Below are positions 50,870-64,000 of a stretch of 64,000 bases of DNA, piece after piece. How positions within the stretch are numbered: position 1 is the first letter of the stretch; each line of letters opens with the position of its first letter. The position numbers were made by a program, and so were the translations under genes. Source of the DNA: Eledone cirrhosa (lineage: Eukaryota); contig OZ024742.1 in NCBI GenBank assembly GCA_964016885.1, positions 212,722,001-212,786,000 on the forward strand. Direction: 5' to 3'. The notes under the pieces were generated by a model, which was not told the DNA's origin, did not search any database, and was given only the letters and a program-made list of their open reading frames with translations.

Positions 50870-51720
50870 TTTACTGGTGGATGAATTGTAGTGATAATTG
50901 GCAGGGAAGGTAGATTTCATATGTGGCAGATGCACAGGAGTAGTCAAAAGTAAGGGTACTCAAGAAATAAACTCTCTCAAATATTCAGGTGCTTTACTGG
51001 AAGTGGTTGAGGGCTTTTGCTAAGTGATCTCATTAATAGTGGAAATAGATGTAGCAGAAGTGAAGGCCAGAGATATATGATGCATATATTTGAACTACAA
51101 TGTTGCATGGCACTAAATGTGGGCCTTGAGGGTAAATATTTGCAGTAGCTAAAAAGAAATGTAGTGTGTATGTTTCACTGGATGTGCAATGTTAAGCATG
51201 CGTGAATGACAGAGCACATATGAACTGAGAGAAAACCTGAGTATAAGATGAATTGAATACAGCATGCAAGAAAGATGGCTGTACTTGTATGGGCATGTAA
51301 TGCTTAAGGAGAGCTACAGCTGTATAAAAAAGTGCTAAGTGCGTGAGGTGGGTGGAACTTATGGAAGAGGGAGCCCAAACAAAATATGGGATGAAGTTGT
51401 GACGAATGACTTCAGGAAACTGAACCTCATGAAAGAGATGACACAGGGCTGAGCTGAGTGACGATATGCCATAATACATAAGACCCATCCACCAATACAA
51501 GTACTGCGAGACTAAAAATATATGTGGTGAGAGAGTGTAAATGACAGTATTCATCAATTGAACAGCAACAATGTAGGGTTGCAGAGGACTCTTCAGTTTG
51601 GCCTAGCATGTTTCAGCCACCCTAGACATGGTGTCATGATAAAATGCACCTGGAGCATGTGAAATGGTTAGTGTTAGAAAGGGGGTCCAGCTATGGAAAT
51701 CATAGCAGAATGGAACATAT
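50870..51720 (+). mobile_element. Old degenerate RTE 3' fragment plus UTR
   Basis: Residual FICGRCTG, LEVVEGFC, TMLHG, LYGHV; UTR homologous to 28390-28680. Confidence 0.7.
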
Positions 51721-51815
51721 GAGTGAGACAGTCATCCGACTGGTCTAATGTCTGTTTCTCCCTGCCAACAAGGGTTGGAGAGGTTGTCACCAACCAAGTA
51801 TATATATATATATAT

Positions 51816-52153
51816 GGAGGCACATGGCTTAGTGGTTAGAGCATTAGCCTTGCAATCGAAAGGTTGTGAGTTCAATTCTCAGACCGGGTGATGTGTTGTT
51901 TCCTTGAGCAAGACACTTTATTTCACATTGCTCCAGTTTACTCAGCTGTAGAAATGAGATGATAGGGACTTGGGTCCCTATGATTCCACTGCAAAGTGGT
52001 CGTGGAGGTGCCAAGGCAAAAAAGCACCCAGCATTCACTGTAAATGAGGTTGGTGTTAGGAAGGGCATCCAGCTGTAGAAATCAAGCCAGAATCAGTTCC
52101 CGTCCCACCCTTGCAAGCAGGGAAAAAGCGGACGTAAAATGAAATGATGATGA
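51816..52153 (+). mobile_element. tRNA-CORE SINE with family-A RTE tail (second copy)
   Basis: Highly similar to 16697-17034. Confidence 0.85.
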
Positions 52154-53446
52154 TATATACACACACGTACATACCACTTGCTCCAAGGCCATAACCATAA
52201 CCACACCCCTCCACAAGTTTGTACCTCAGCCCCTACTCCCACCAATGCCCCTCAAGATGGTGCTGATGTTCAGTCCATCCAGTAAGGTGGTAGTGTTAGA
52301 GTCACAATAAAATGCTCCCAGTACACTCTGTAAAGTGGTTGGTGTTAGGAAGGGCATCCAGCCATAGAAACTTAGTTAAAACAAAGCATAAGAGCAGGAT
52401 CTAGTCACCTGGCCTCAGAAACCAACAGCCATCTAACCCATGCAAGCATGGAAAATAGACGTCAAATGGTGCTGATGATGATGATAATACACACACATAT
52501 ATATACACACACACATATATATATATATATGGATGAGCTGACATGCGAAGTGACCCTCACTTTGGCCACTTCTATGTGGGGATACAGGTGGACATCAAAG
52601 TACCGTTTTGTTAATAGCATACTGGAATTGGGCAGGATGCGAGTAGGGTGTTCGGGTAATATGATATTTCAATAATTGCTTTTGCCTTTGTTAGTTAATG
52701 TACTTTATCAAGTAAGGTTTATGTTGTTCATGTATATAATTAATTCAATCTGCTATTATATTTTCCCTTTTATTTGGTTCATACTCAGTTGTTTTGTATT
52801 GTTTACTGTTACCTTAGAGTTGTATTTACTGTTATTTGATTTCTGAGCCTGTAGATTCCCTTAATTCCATTTCTAGCTTTATCAGTTTGATAAACGAAAT
52901 AGCGTTTGGAATGATAGGTAATTGCAATGTTTTGATTGGGTCAGTTTGGGTGGTGGTGGTTGACCGTAAGGTTTACTTTGATGTGTGTCTGTAAAACAGG
53001 TCAGGTTTGTTGAGGGTATGGGTCAGTAGTAGTTTCTAGTGGCTGTACTGATTATGGCACCATACTAATTAGTCATCACTTTTGTTTCTACATTTTGGAA
53101 TTAGAAATCTTATATATAAATAACTTAACACTAAACAACATTTTTTTTTCTATCCTACTCCAAGTTTTAAGAACAGCTGGAATTATATCTGTATGATCAA
53201 AAAACTCATAAACAATAATTCTTCTTTGCTTCAATTATCCTTAACCTTCTACATAGAAATGTCATTCTCTCAGAATCTTGTACACCTCACACCAAAAATG
53301 TACTGCTTTCATGAAAAGAGACATTGAAAACATCCTCTAAAATGATGACAACCTAGTCTTTAAAAAAAAAATGTTTACAGCACCAGACATGACCACTATA
53401 CATGAGAAGGAAATAAACTGACAATATAACTCTTAACACGGGAACA

Positions 53447-54652
53447 ATCATCATCATCAGGTTTAGCGTCCGTGTTCCACGCTTGCATGGGTTTGGACGG
53501 GGGTTTTCCCACTTGAGGCAAGAGTGGTTGTCTTGCTCGCATAGGACTGTCTGGCGGGTTTTCTACAGCTGGATGCCCTTCCTAACACCAACCACATTTA
53601 CAGTGTGGGGCTGGGAGGTTTTTACCGTGTTGCCTACACGGCCACATTTACAGCGTGGACTGTGTGTTTTTTTGTCGTGACACCTACACGATCTCATTTG
53701 TTTCGGCCTGGATGTTGTGGGACCAACATAACTTTACATTGAAAGGGGCGGTGTGGATGGGGTGGAGGGACGGGAGGTGATGCCTACTGACTGTAGTAGG
53801 TTTTTACTTTGTATTTAGGTAAGGCGGGTCTTCTCTATTACTGAGTACCGCCAAAGGTCTCGGTCCAGTGACATTGTCTTGGAGAGGTGTAAGCGTGTGA
53901 GGTCGGAATTTATCAGCTCGTCCCAGGTTTTTCTGGGTCTGCCTACTCCGTGGCTACTGTCTATCTTTATTGCCCTGCACTTTGTTATATAGCTGTCGTC
54001 TTTCATGCGCATCACGTAACCGTACCAACGTAACCTTCTCTCAAGTAAACAACATCTGATCCCTCTTATTTCTAATTTTTTCCTTAGTTCGTTTATGCTT
54101 AGCCGTTCACGTATATTACTATTGCACATCCAGCGGAGCATGCAAGCTTCGTTCCTCTCTAGTCTGCGTATATCCTCTGCACACAATGCCCAGGTCTCAC
54201 TGCCATGCAGCATTGCTGTTCGTATGCAGGCATCGTATAACCTGCCTTTCATTTTTAGGGAGAACCCTCTAGCGGCTAATAGTGGTATAAGCTCTCTGAA
54301 CCTTTTCCATCCAGTTCTGACTCTAGCTACTGTACTTTCAGAGCACCCTCCCCCACTGCTGATTTTGTCACCCAGGTAACGGAAGCTGTCCACTATTTCT
54401 ATAGAACCCTCTGCGCAATTGAAAGAGCTAGTATTTAGTGGGCACTTGCTGCTACTTATTGCACCAGAGCACCGGCCACATGTAAAATCTATGTTCTTAG
54501 TTAGCTTACCTGTGATCCCACTACATCTTTTATGCACCCATACTTTGCATTGGGGACATAAAATGGAGTTTCTACCTACGCCTTTCCTACACACTGAGCA
54601 TGGCCATTTCCCGGAAGGGACCGCCGCCTTATTTTCTTTCCTACAAACTAGA
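53447..54652 (-). mobile_element. RTE family B, 5'-truncated (one UTR unit)
   Basis: Open ORF 53815-54594 with PHD finger ending IEKTRLT; UTR and (gat)n tail. Confidence 0.93.
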
Positions 54653-56190
54653 ACAATATATAACTAAAAACCCTTAAACATGCTACAAAATCTCTCATGG
54701 TGACATCATATGCATAACAGTACCAAATCTGCATTCCAAAGACCAGGTTTCCTCTTTAGGGTCAACAAACACTGCAGCTCTGATCACTTACCAACTTTCA
54801 ATTGTGACCCACACTGAAGTACTGTTTATATATTTAAATTGGGGCTGCTGCAACATACAGACATCCTAGGTTGTATTCAAAAGAAAACTGTTCATCTGAT
54901 TAGCAAGGACTCACTGACCAACAAGCTACACACACTACCTCACATATGCATTGGTTTCTGCCCTTCTACTTTTACCTCAACTACACAGATCTCTGCTCCT
55001 CAGAATTATCTGACATCATACCTGTTCCAATACAGTTCATCTGTTTTGGCCATCCCCTTTGTTTCTAAGATAACACAAAATGCTTGTCCAATCATTCCTC
55101 TTCAGAACTAGTCCTTTTGATTCCATGTCCATTCAATTTTTACCTACATGCATTGACCAGCAACTTTAAACCAATTATCAGTTGCATTGATCCTATAAGT
55201 CTTACAAAAGGTTGTGTGCTGCCCCCCCCCCCCCCCCCCCCCTCTTATTTTTTTTCACTGAATTCAGTAACAGTATTGTGATTGTGGTAAGATATTGACA
55301 TAATTACGTAAAATAAACCTTTTATTTTTAGCAGATGTACCCTTGGAAGTTCAGTTTTGAAACAGAAGCTGCACATAATGTTAAGAAGTGTCCATTTTAT
55401 TTTCTGTTATCTCAAATGTCATTATTCTTCAAGTGGATGTATTAGCTACACTACACTATGTTGTCAAACAGAATGGCACCTCTCATGCTGTGATATTTGA
55501 TAGAATAGTTTCATTTCAAATATGATAACCATCGTCACAAAGGTAAAGGATAGTTTATCAAGAGTTCTTAAATATTGTTTATTATATGTAAATGGCAGCC
55601 AGATAAAGAAAAGCAGCCATGACAAAGTAGGTCTCCACAGCAATTATACAAGTAAGAGCTGGCAGGACTGGGTTGAAAGATGAGAAATACTGCAAATACA
55701 TTTTAATAATAAATTAAAGTAGTGATTGAAGCCTTTTCTTATATTAGGTGTCATAGTCTCTCTTGGAAAAAACATTGTAGTTATGAGTTTCAATATAATA
55801 AAGAAATGACATTTTCTAATACTGGCATCAATTCATTTCTTAGGTTACAACAAAAACAACTTGACAAAAGATTTTATTGAAGGTCTATTCCACAGTTAAT
55901 ACAAAAGCTTTCTTTACTAATACATGAATGAAATGCTTCATTGATTGATTATATTTACTTCTAACCTTTTGGAATAAGTCTGATTGACTTTATCAATTCA
56001 GTATTAGTGACTTGTAAGTGATGTGTTATAAAAATAACTGACACACCTACTACAAGGCTATTAAGATTATAGGATGAGCAGGTCTTTTTTTTTTATAGGA
56101 TTAAGCAAAACAAAAACAAAAAGATTCACAATCAGAGATTTCATAGTAAATGATGTTCAAATACATTTTTTTAATGTTTTATTCAGGAAA

Positions 56191-57095
56191 CATCATCATC
56201 ATCATCTTCGTTTAACGTCCATTTTCCAGGCTAGCATGGGTTAGACGGGAGTTGGTTGGGTGACCGTGTCTCGCTCATATAGGACTCTCTGGCGGATTTT
56301 CTATGGCTGGATGCCCTTCCTAACACCAACCACATTTACAGTGTGGAACTGGGAACTTTTTACCTACACGGCCACATTACAGCGTGGACTGTGTGTTTTT
56401 TTTCTCATGACACCTACACCATCTCGGTCTCATTATCTCATTTATTTGGACTGGATGTTGTGGTACCAACTTTACAGAGAGAGGGTGGTGTTGGTGGCAG
56501 TGGGAGGATAGGGTAGGGGTAGTGGATTGGGGTGTATATTTGGTTAAGATGTGCCTACTGACTGTAGGTTTCGCTTTGTACATAGGCAAAGCGGGTCTTC
56601 TGTATTACTGCATAGCGCCAAAGATCTCGGTCGAGTGACATTGTCTTAGAGAGGTGCAAGTGTGTAAGGTCGGAATTTATCAGATCATCCCAGGTTTTTC
56701 TGGGTCTACCTACTCCGTAACTACCATCAATTTTGATCGCCCTGCACTTTTTTATACAGCTGTTGTCTTTCATGCGTATCACGTGGCCATACCAACGTAG
56801 TCTTCTCTCAAGTAAACAGCATCTGATCCCTCTTATTCCTAATTTCTCAGTTCATTTATGCTTTGCCATTCACGTATATTACTGTTACACATCCAACGGA
56901 GTAGGCATGCTTCGTTCCTTTCCAGTCTGCGCAGGTCCTCTGCACGTAATGCCCACGTCTCACTGCCATGTAGCATTGCTGTTCGTATACAAGCATCATA
57001 CAATCTGTCTTTCATTTTTAGAGAGGTGATGATGATGATGATGATGATGAGAGAAACCTTTTGTGGCCAACAGCGGTATAAGCTCTCTGAACTTT
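56191..57095 (-). mobile_element. Diverged RTE family B-like 3' fragment
   Basis: GRPRKTWDDLINSDL...; UTR and tail; interrupted by (gat)n at ~57027-57049. Confidence 0.85.
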
Positions 57096-58108
57096 TGAAT
57101 TCAAAATTATGTTGCTAGCAACCCAGAAAGTGATAAGAGAACTACTGCTAATATGTTCTTCAATAATAACTATCACAAATGCTTCAAATTTAATATAGTT
57201 AAATATTATAATCTGATTGGTAGAAAATGAAACAGAATTGCCTTGAGTGCAGTTGGAAATTGAATTTGCAATTGTATACAGTCAATATTAAAATATTATA
57301 ATATGAGCAGGTTTATTTATAGCTTCAGTTCCCTTCATTCATACAAAGAAGTTTTTAAAATGTTTATTGAAAAAAAAAAAAAAAAAAAAAAGAAATGGAT
57401 TCAAGAGAGCTAATAGTAATGTCTAAAGAACAATTTTAGATTAAGTCTGGAAAACCATGTTTATTTTCGAATTGGAAACTAAAACAAAAGGAAAAATTGT
57501 GACAGAAGAAAATGATGTCTAAAAATAAGCAAATATTTTTGCCATAGCAATTTTATTGCAAGGTCATTCCAGGCAAACCAAAGTAGTTAACATATAACTA
57601 AACAAATCTGTTAGCATTAAGGGTCACTATATAGTTCCAAAGTCTTTGTAAAGAATTGCAAGAAGAATTTACTGATGCTCATTGACTTTTTATCAACCCC
57701 ATATCAATTTTTACATCAAACATACCACAAACCACACAAACAGACTGGCCAGTTCTTTAAGGTAGTACAACAATAGTGATATGGAGACATTTAATCCCAG
57801 CTAATTTATGATATGAAAGATATAGTTAATCAAAATAAACGTCTGACTTTATCATATGACCTGCTGCAACACCAAACAATCCAGAGTAAGATGATCCTTT
57901 CAAAATTCTGGGGCCTGGTTGGCACTCCAATGAATATATATACAATTTGGCCTTTTCTTCTGGAAAAGACCCCTTTCATCACATGTCCTTAATGATAGCC
58001 CTTTTCCTCAAATACTTTTTGGAGGTATTCTGGGAACCCCAATACTGATTCTTCCATGATCTTGAGGGTGTAGCACTTTATAAAGCTAAAAAGCCATTCT
58101 TTGTTAGC

Positions 58109-59121
58109 ATTAAACCCTTTATTGTCAACTGCTACAAGGGCAATGGAGATGCTCAAGACAGAAAACTATAGAGGTATTAAGTTGGTTGACCAGTTCATGA
58201 AGGTCACAGAAAGAGTTAACGCACAGCTGATTAGGGACTGAGTTAACCTAGATGAAATACAGTTTGGATTTGTGTCAGGTAAAAGTACCACAGATGCTAT
58301 CTTCCTCGTGAGGCAACTGCAGATGTACCTAGCTAAAAGCAAACCCTTCTACCTAGGTTTTGTTGACTTTGAGATTGTACGAAGCATGGATATAAACAGC
58401 AATGTTGCGTGGTAGTGAGACCTGGGCACTGTGTGCAGAGGACCTGCAAAGATTGGAAAGAAATGAAGCCTGCATGCTCTGATGGATGTGTAATAGTAAT
58501 ATACACGAATGGTAAAGCATAAATGAATTGAGAGAGAAACTAGGCATAAGAGGAATCAGATGCAGTGTGCAGGAGAGGAGATTGCATTAGTATGGCCATG
58601 CGTATGAAGGATGACAGCTGTATAAAAAGGTGCAGGATGGTAAAGGTTGATGAAGCTAGGGAGTAGGAAGACCTGGAACAAGGTGATAAAAGCTGACCTT
58701 GGCCAATTGCTCCTCTCAAAGAGAATGACACATGATCGAGATCTTTGGCGTTATGCATACATCTAGTATACACCTCTTAACCACATCTGATCACACCACC
58801 TTTCTCTCATGCTATTACACCCTTGCCTCAGTCCCCACACTGCACTGTAAAGTTATTGTGTGGGTACCATGACAAAAAGCACCCAGCCCACACTGTAAGG
58901 TAGGTGTCACGACAAAAAGCGCCTGCCCACACTGTAAGGTAGGTGTCATGACAAAAAACGCCTGCCCACACTGTAAATGTGGTTGACATTAGAAAGGGCA
59001 TCCAGCTGTAGAAACCTAGCCAGAAACAGTTTTCTGTGAGCAAGTGACTATCACCTGACCTAACTTGCCTCAAATGGGACAGCCTGTCTAACCCATGCTA
59101 GCATGGATAATAGATGTTAAA
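58109..59121 (+). mobile_element. Degenerate RTE with large internal deletion and 39-40-bp UTR subrepeats
   Basis: NYRGIKLVDQFMKV...QFGFVSGKSTTDA...LGFVDF jumps directly to RLYEA..TAMLRGSETW; UTR repeats at 58868, 58908, 58947. Confidence 0.8.
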
Positions 59122-59349
59122 TCTGTGCATTCCTTGATAAGTACTTTTAAATAAATCCTCTTCAAATATTGACTAGAGGTGAGTAGGATGACTGTTACAA
59201 ATAGAACAATGTGCTTACAGGTCAATCACTAAGCAGGGCTGCTGTAATTAAATGCATGACTTGTCACTTTAAATAAATAAACCATATCTATTTACATTGA
59301 ACAAACAAATGTAAAATTCTGGTTAAGCTCCATTCTAAGTGTTCTAAGA

Positions 59350-59495
59350 CAGGCATGGGCAACCTTTTTTGAGCAGTGGACCACATAGGATGTGACTTTT
59401 CATAAGGTGGGCTGCACTACTAAAAATTTCAAGGCAATTTTGAAATTAGGTGTGCCATTCAGAAAGCCAAATGGGCCACAGTTTGCTCATGAATG
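59350..59495. mobile_element. hAT-type (Charlie-like) MITE
   Basis: 8-bp TSD ttctaaga at 59342-59349 and 59496-59503; imperfect 16-bp TIR caggcatgggcaacct. Confidence 0.75.
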
Positions 59496-62144
59496 TTCTA
59501 AGACAACACTACAGTAATTTGTATGACCAGAAAATACATTAAAAAAAAAAATTAGCTGATGACATTGATTGAAAAAAATGTCCATTAGTGAAAGTAATAA
59601 TTCATCTGATGATTAATGATTTCCAAAAGAAAAACCAAATATTTTTTCAGCATTGATACCATCTTGCTTAAATTATAAACTAGAAACCTAAAGCTGTGTA
59701 AGCAAATGGCTCATTAGCTTTTTGTTTTTAAATAGGTCTGTATTAAATAACACTTGCTTCTTAGATTTTGTTATAATCTTAGGTTCTAGATAAAAATGAG
59801 ATTTCGAAATACTATTTCTAAAATAATATATAATATATACAAATTAAAGTACAATTTTGATCAAAGAGGAAAAAACTAAGAGCTTAGGGTTGAGAGTAGT
59901 GAGTTTATATTACATTATTCATCAAACGAGGTATTTGGGTTTGTATAAAGCATATTCCTGGTATACAAAAGACAAATCAATGCTATCTCAAAAAAATATG
60001 TTTAACAGAATTGAAACCTAGCTGACAGTACCCCTTATTCATCTGATTTAGACTAATGAATAAATTTAGCAATTAGAAAAGAAATAAATGGTACAACAAT
60101 TTATGAGAACATCCAGCAGCATCAAATTCAAATACTTACATTGAAAATTGATGTTAAATCAAAAAGCTTAAAATAACCCACTTAACCCACTTAAAATGAT
60201 GGATTATAATTATACAAAATTTCACTAGGAAGATACATTTTCCAGTTACGAGGTGTTTCAAGAGGAATAATAAATAAATGTATATTTTAAAAATATAGTG
60301 TTTATTATCTTAAAAAATAAAATATCTTAATTTCCATCTTCAGAATTTCAAATAAAAATTTGAATATATTATAAATCTTTAAAAGTCATTAGATTATGTT
60401 GCTTAGCATCTGGTAACATCAGATGAGTCCATTGAAAATGAATAAATAAAAGATTATTTAGCTGTATTGATAGCATTTCAGCATTTAACACTGTTGGTTG
60501 GTAATGCCGAAAAAAGATTATTGATTTTATCATAGTAATACAGGAGGCACGAATACCCCAAACAGTGAGATATGCATTAAACATACTAATCAGCTTAGTT
60601 TTTTAAAATTTTATGACTGACATAAGTCACACCCAAGAGAGAAAGGGAAAAATATGTACTTCTACAAAGATATCCTGGTGTCATAACAGATTTATCAAAC
60701 AACATTATAACCAGAAACAAAAAAATAAAAAGGGAAATGAAAATGAAATGAAAGACTGAATGATAACAAACCACAAGCCATTCATTTAAAATAATTCTTA
60801 CTCATTTTTTTTCTTTCATGTTGGCAAGAATTGAATAATTATGCAAATTTAGATGTTTGCAAATCAGTTGACAGAAAACGTGTTTTTACAGATAGTTTGA
60901 TGCTATTTCTACTACTGATACAGTTGCATGAGCTCAGTGTTTCCACCTATTCAGACTGATAGACAGAGAGAAAAGGATAATGGCTGTTGCAATATATAAA
61001 TATATAAACCTTGCTAGCAGGAAAAAAAAAAAAATGGATGTTAAATGATGATGATGACCTTTCATAATACAGGGACTATAATCACTACATATGATACAAA
61101 CATCCACATAAAAATAAGTGTTATTAAAATCATCACTATTTTAATATTATTTTTCATGTTCTAATCAGTTAGATAAATAAACATTTTGTTTGACTATTTT
61201 TCTGGATGACCTATGCACTAACTGCTGATACAGAGTGGTTATGAATGTATTTATAATGTTACTGGCATCAGAGATGTTATCCTTCTGTCTGGCTTTCCCC
61301 AGGAATATAGTTTGTATTACCATGGAAATAGTATAATATTATCAATAATGCTCAGTAATTATATGTACATTCATTAGTTGGGAAAAGAACAACCAAAGCA
61401 CAATTATGAAGATTTTCCTATTCTGAAGATCTTAGATTTGAATTCCATTGTAAATTGCTAAATTGCTTCGATTTTAAGTAGTTACCAGCTCTGATTTACT
61501 AGACATATGGTCTGTAAATATGAAATGTGTTTAGAACTAATCCTAATCTTAATTCAAATTGTAAATCCAATTAGATTTACATCATTAACTCATTATTCAT
61601 TACATTATACCTTTTCTTCAATATGTGTATTAAAAGCATCATAGCTTTTGCTATTTTATTTCTCCATCAGCTTTGAACTATGTATAAATGTAGAGACTAT
61701 AGAGATGCTACAATTCGGATAACCAAATAAAGGATAGTGATCACAATCCACCTGTGACTACGTCTGATTCTTTGATACAGATTTGTCTATTTTAAAGTCT
61801 TCATAACTAAATTAAAACCATTCTGTAATAATTTTATAAAAGAAACTTAAGATTTCTTTTTAAATCATCAGCCTAACAATGAAACATGGTATTTGACTGA
61901 ATACCTCCAAATTCTTGATTATTTAAAAAAAAAAACAAAAAAAAAACTTAAAACACTGATGAAAAATATAGTGACAAAACATGAAAAATATAGTGACAAA
62001 AAGATTTTAGACAAAGACAATCAGAGGAAAACAGAAAATAATTCAGATAAAGAGGAGAAAAGAAGAAGGATAAACAAGTGGAAAATATGTCCAGTGAAAA
62101 TTCAAGTATAGGTGAAACGGACTGACAACTAAAGATAGAGCACA

Positions 62145-62362
62145 TAGCGGATTGGCTGTATCGGTAGAGCATCGGACACTATGCTTTGTGGCATAAAGTT
62201 ATGGCCATTTATTTTCTGAGTTCAAATCCCGCTGAGGTTAGCTTTGCCTTTCATCCTTATGGGATCGATAAAATAAAGTACCAGTAATGCACTGGTTTCA
62301 ATTTAATTGACTTCTCCTCCCCACAAATTGATGGCATTGGGCCTAAATCAAAAACCATTATT
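62145..62362 (+). mobile_element. tRNA-derived SINE (family of 5501, longer 3' variant)
   Basis: Homology to 5501-5694. Confidence 0.75.
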
Positions 62363-64000
62363 TTGAAAATAATTTTCTTTAGTATGTTTCAGGCCATTTC
62401 TGTTTATGTTCGGGCCTCCAGTGTTTTTGGTGGGTTTTGGCATCTCTAGTTAGCGGATCACCAAATTGGTGGAGTTTGCTCTGCTTTCGTTATCAGTTTG
62501 TACAGTTAACTGGTCCAGTATGGTAGAGGAAAATGGAACTTGACACCCTTTAAAAGACTCAGAGAAACTTTGCTCATATTTTGTAATCCTTTTGAGAGAT
62601 GCTCGTACAATCATGGACCTTTAAATGCCAAACTGTTGCTGTATAAGAGCCTGATAGAAAAGTGTGTGGAAGGGAGTGCTGAATTCTTAGAGTACCTCCA
62701 ATTTCTCCTGTTTTTCTCCCTCTTGTGTTTGAAACAAGATTTGAAAATCTTTCACATATATTATGGCATATCATTCCAGTAATTAAGGTTTCTAACTGGG
62801 TTTATTATTTTTGGTGAATGCTTTTTGCAATCTCTCTATTTTGAAGGTTTGGGGACCAAAATTATGAGCAGTAGTTTGACCAGGTGAAAACAAAGAATTC
62901 TCAGAGAGTCAACACCATTGTTCTTAGTATTCATCCACTAAACTCTTGAAATATTTCTGACAGCCAGTAAATATGTTTAGAGAAACAAATATAAGAAGAC
63001 AAGGCAATACCCAGAAATGAATGTGCTCAAAGTTTTGAATTATTTTCCTGTTTTGTTGAGGTTCTTTTTTTAAATGGAGGGCACAGAAATCTGTGGCATT
63101 GAATGACATGTTGAATGACATTTTCTCAATTCTATATGGCATTTAGGTTTTGTTGCAGAATATATATATATCAATGCCTGCCTTTATCTTTAGTATCACA
63201 AGAGAGTCCTCTGCATATCTGCCGAGTGCAGCTTATTGTATAGTTTTGTCAATGTCTGATAACATGATGAGAAAAAAGGGGATCTAGAATGGTTTGTGGC
63301 TTATGGTACTTGATTTATTATTGCAGAGCTTCTTTGGCAGTAACCATTTGACACTGGCCTTTCAAGAAATCAGAGATCCAAATACCCAACGATGTCTAGG
63401 TCTTAACCATTAAAAAAAAACAAAAACATTTGTTGAAATATATCAAGAAATGAACTGGATTATTTGAGAAGTTTTAACATGAAAACGTATACTCAATCAT
63501 CACTACCCCAATGATACAAGCCCAGACAGTATGGAAGAACGCTCTATGGCATGCAGAACCCCAGGCACAAGCTGTCTTGTGGATATAATGGACAGAATGG
63601 GGAAAGTGTTACCCTCAAGGATAGCAAGAGAGATGTTAAGACTGATTCTGTTCTTCGTATCTCTTTCCAGTTATACATTGTATGAGAAATCCGTCAAAGA
63701 CTGCGTCCCTTTTTTCAAAATGTACCAAAGTGAGAACCTCAGAATGGAATGTCATTTTTTCCAGCAAAGCAAGCGTCTCTATTGATGAAATCGGTAGATA
63801 ATCAATGATAGAGGATGGAGTACATGATATCAACAGTAGCATGTATAGAAATCAACGCCATAGATTGAAATGGAATATATATTTGAAAGTTTAATTAATC
63901 ATATCTAAATACTTTTATAATCACATAAGTTTCCCTATTTTGGAAATTCCATTTCTAGTTATTAGTGTAATGTATGGTAAGCTTCTTATAAGGCAAGGTT

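Noticed and set aside
62400-63900. Possible degenerate Penelope-like RT on the minus strand (GRYAEDSLVI resembling GLYRDD)
   Set aside because: Only a weak motif resemblance; needs BLASTX/HMM. If confirmed it would be a candidate partner for the hammerhead element

Overview
AT-rich, repeat-dense animal genomic DNA; the SINE/RTE families look like octopus/cephalopod repeats (inference from pattern recognition). The only host coding sequence found is one 201-nt internal exon of the calcineurin A catalytic subunit (42291-42491, minus strand), so most of the window is probably its large flanking introns. These carry two RTE-clade LINE families with a PHD finger inside the RT domain (family A, near full-length at 11888-15040; family B, several 5'-truncated copies, one with a 9x112-bp tandem array in its 3' UTR), a tRNA/CORE SINE sharing the family-A tail, another abundant tRNA-derived SINE, piggyBac-type and hAT MITEs, non-autonomous Helitron-like elements, a CRE-clade endonuclease fragment and microsatellites. 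The most striking feature is at 10178-10839: two inverted, differently circularly permuted copies of a ~310-nt hairpin-rich unit, each with a minimal type I hammerhead ribozyme. This suggests a retrozyme/circular-RNA-derived or Penelope pseudo-LTR element. Coordinates were read by eye; ends of degenerate repeats are approximate.
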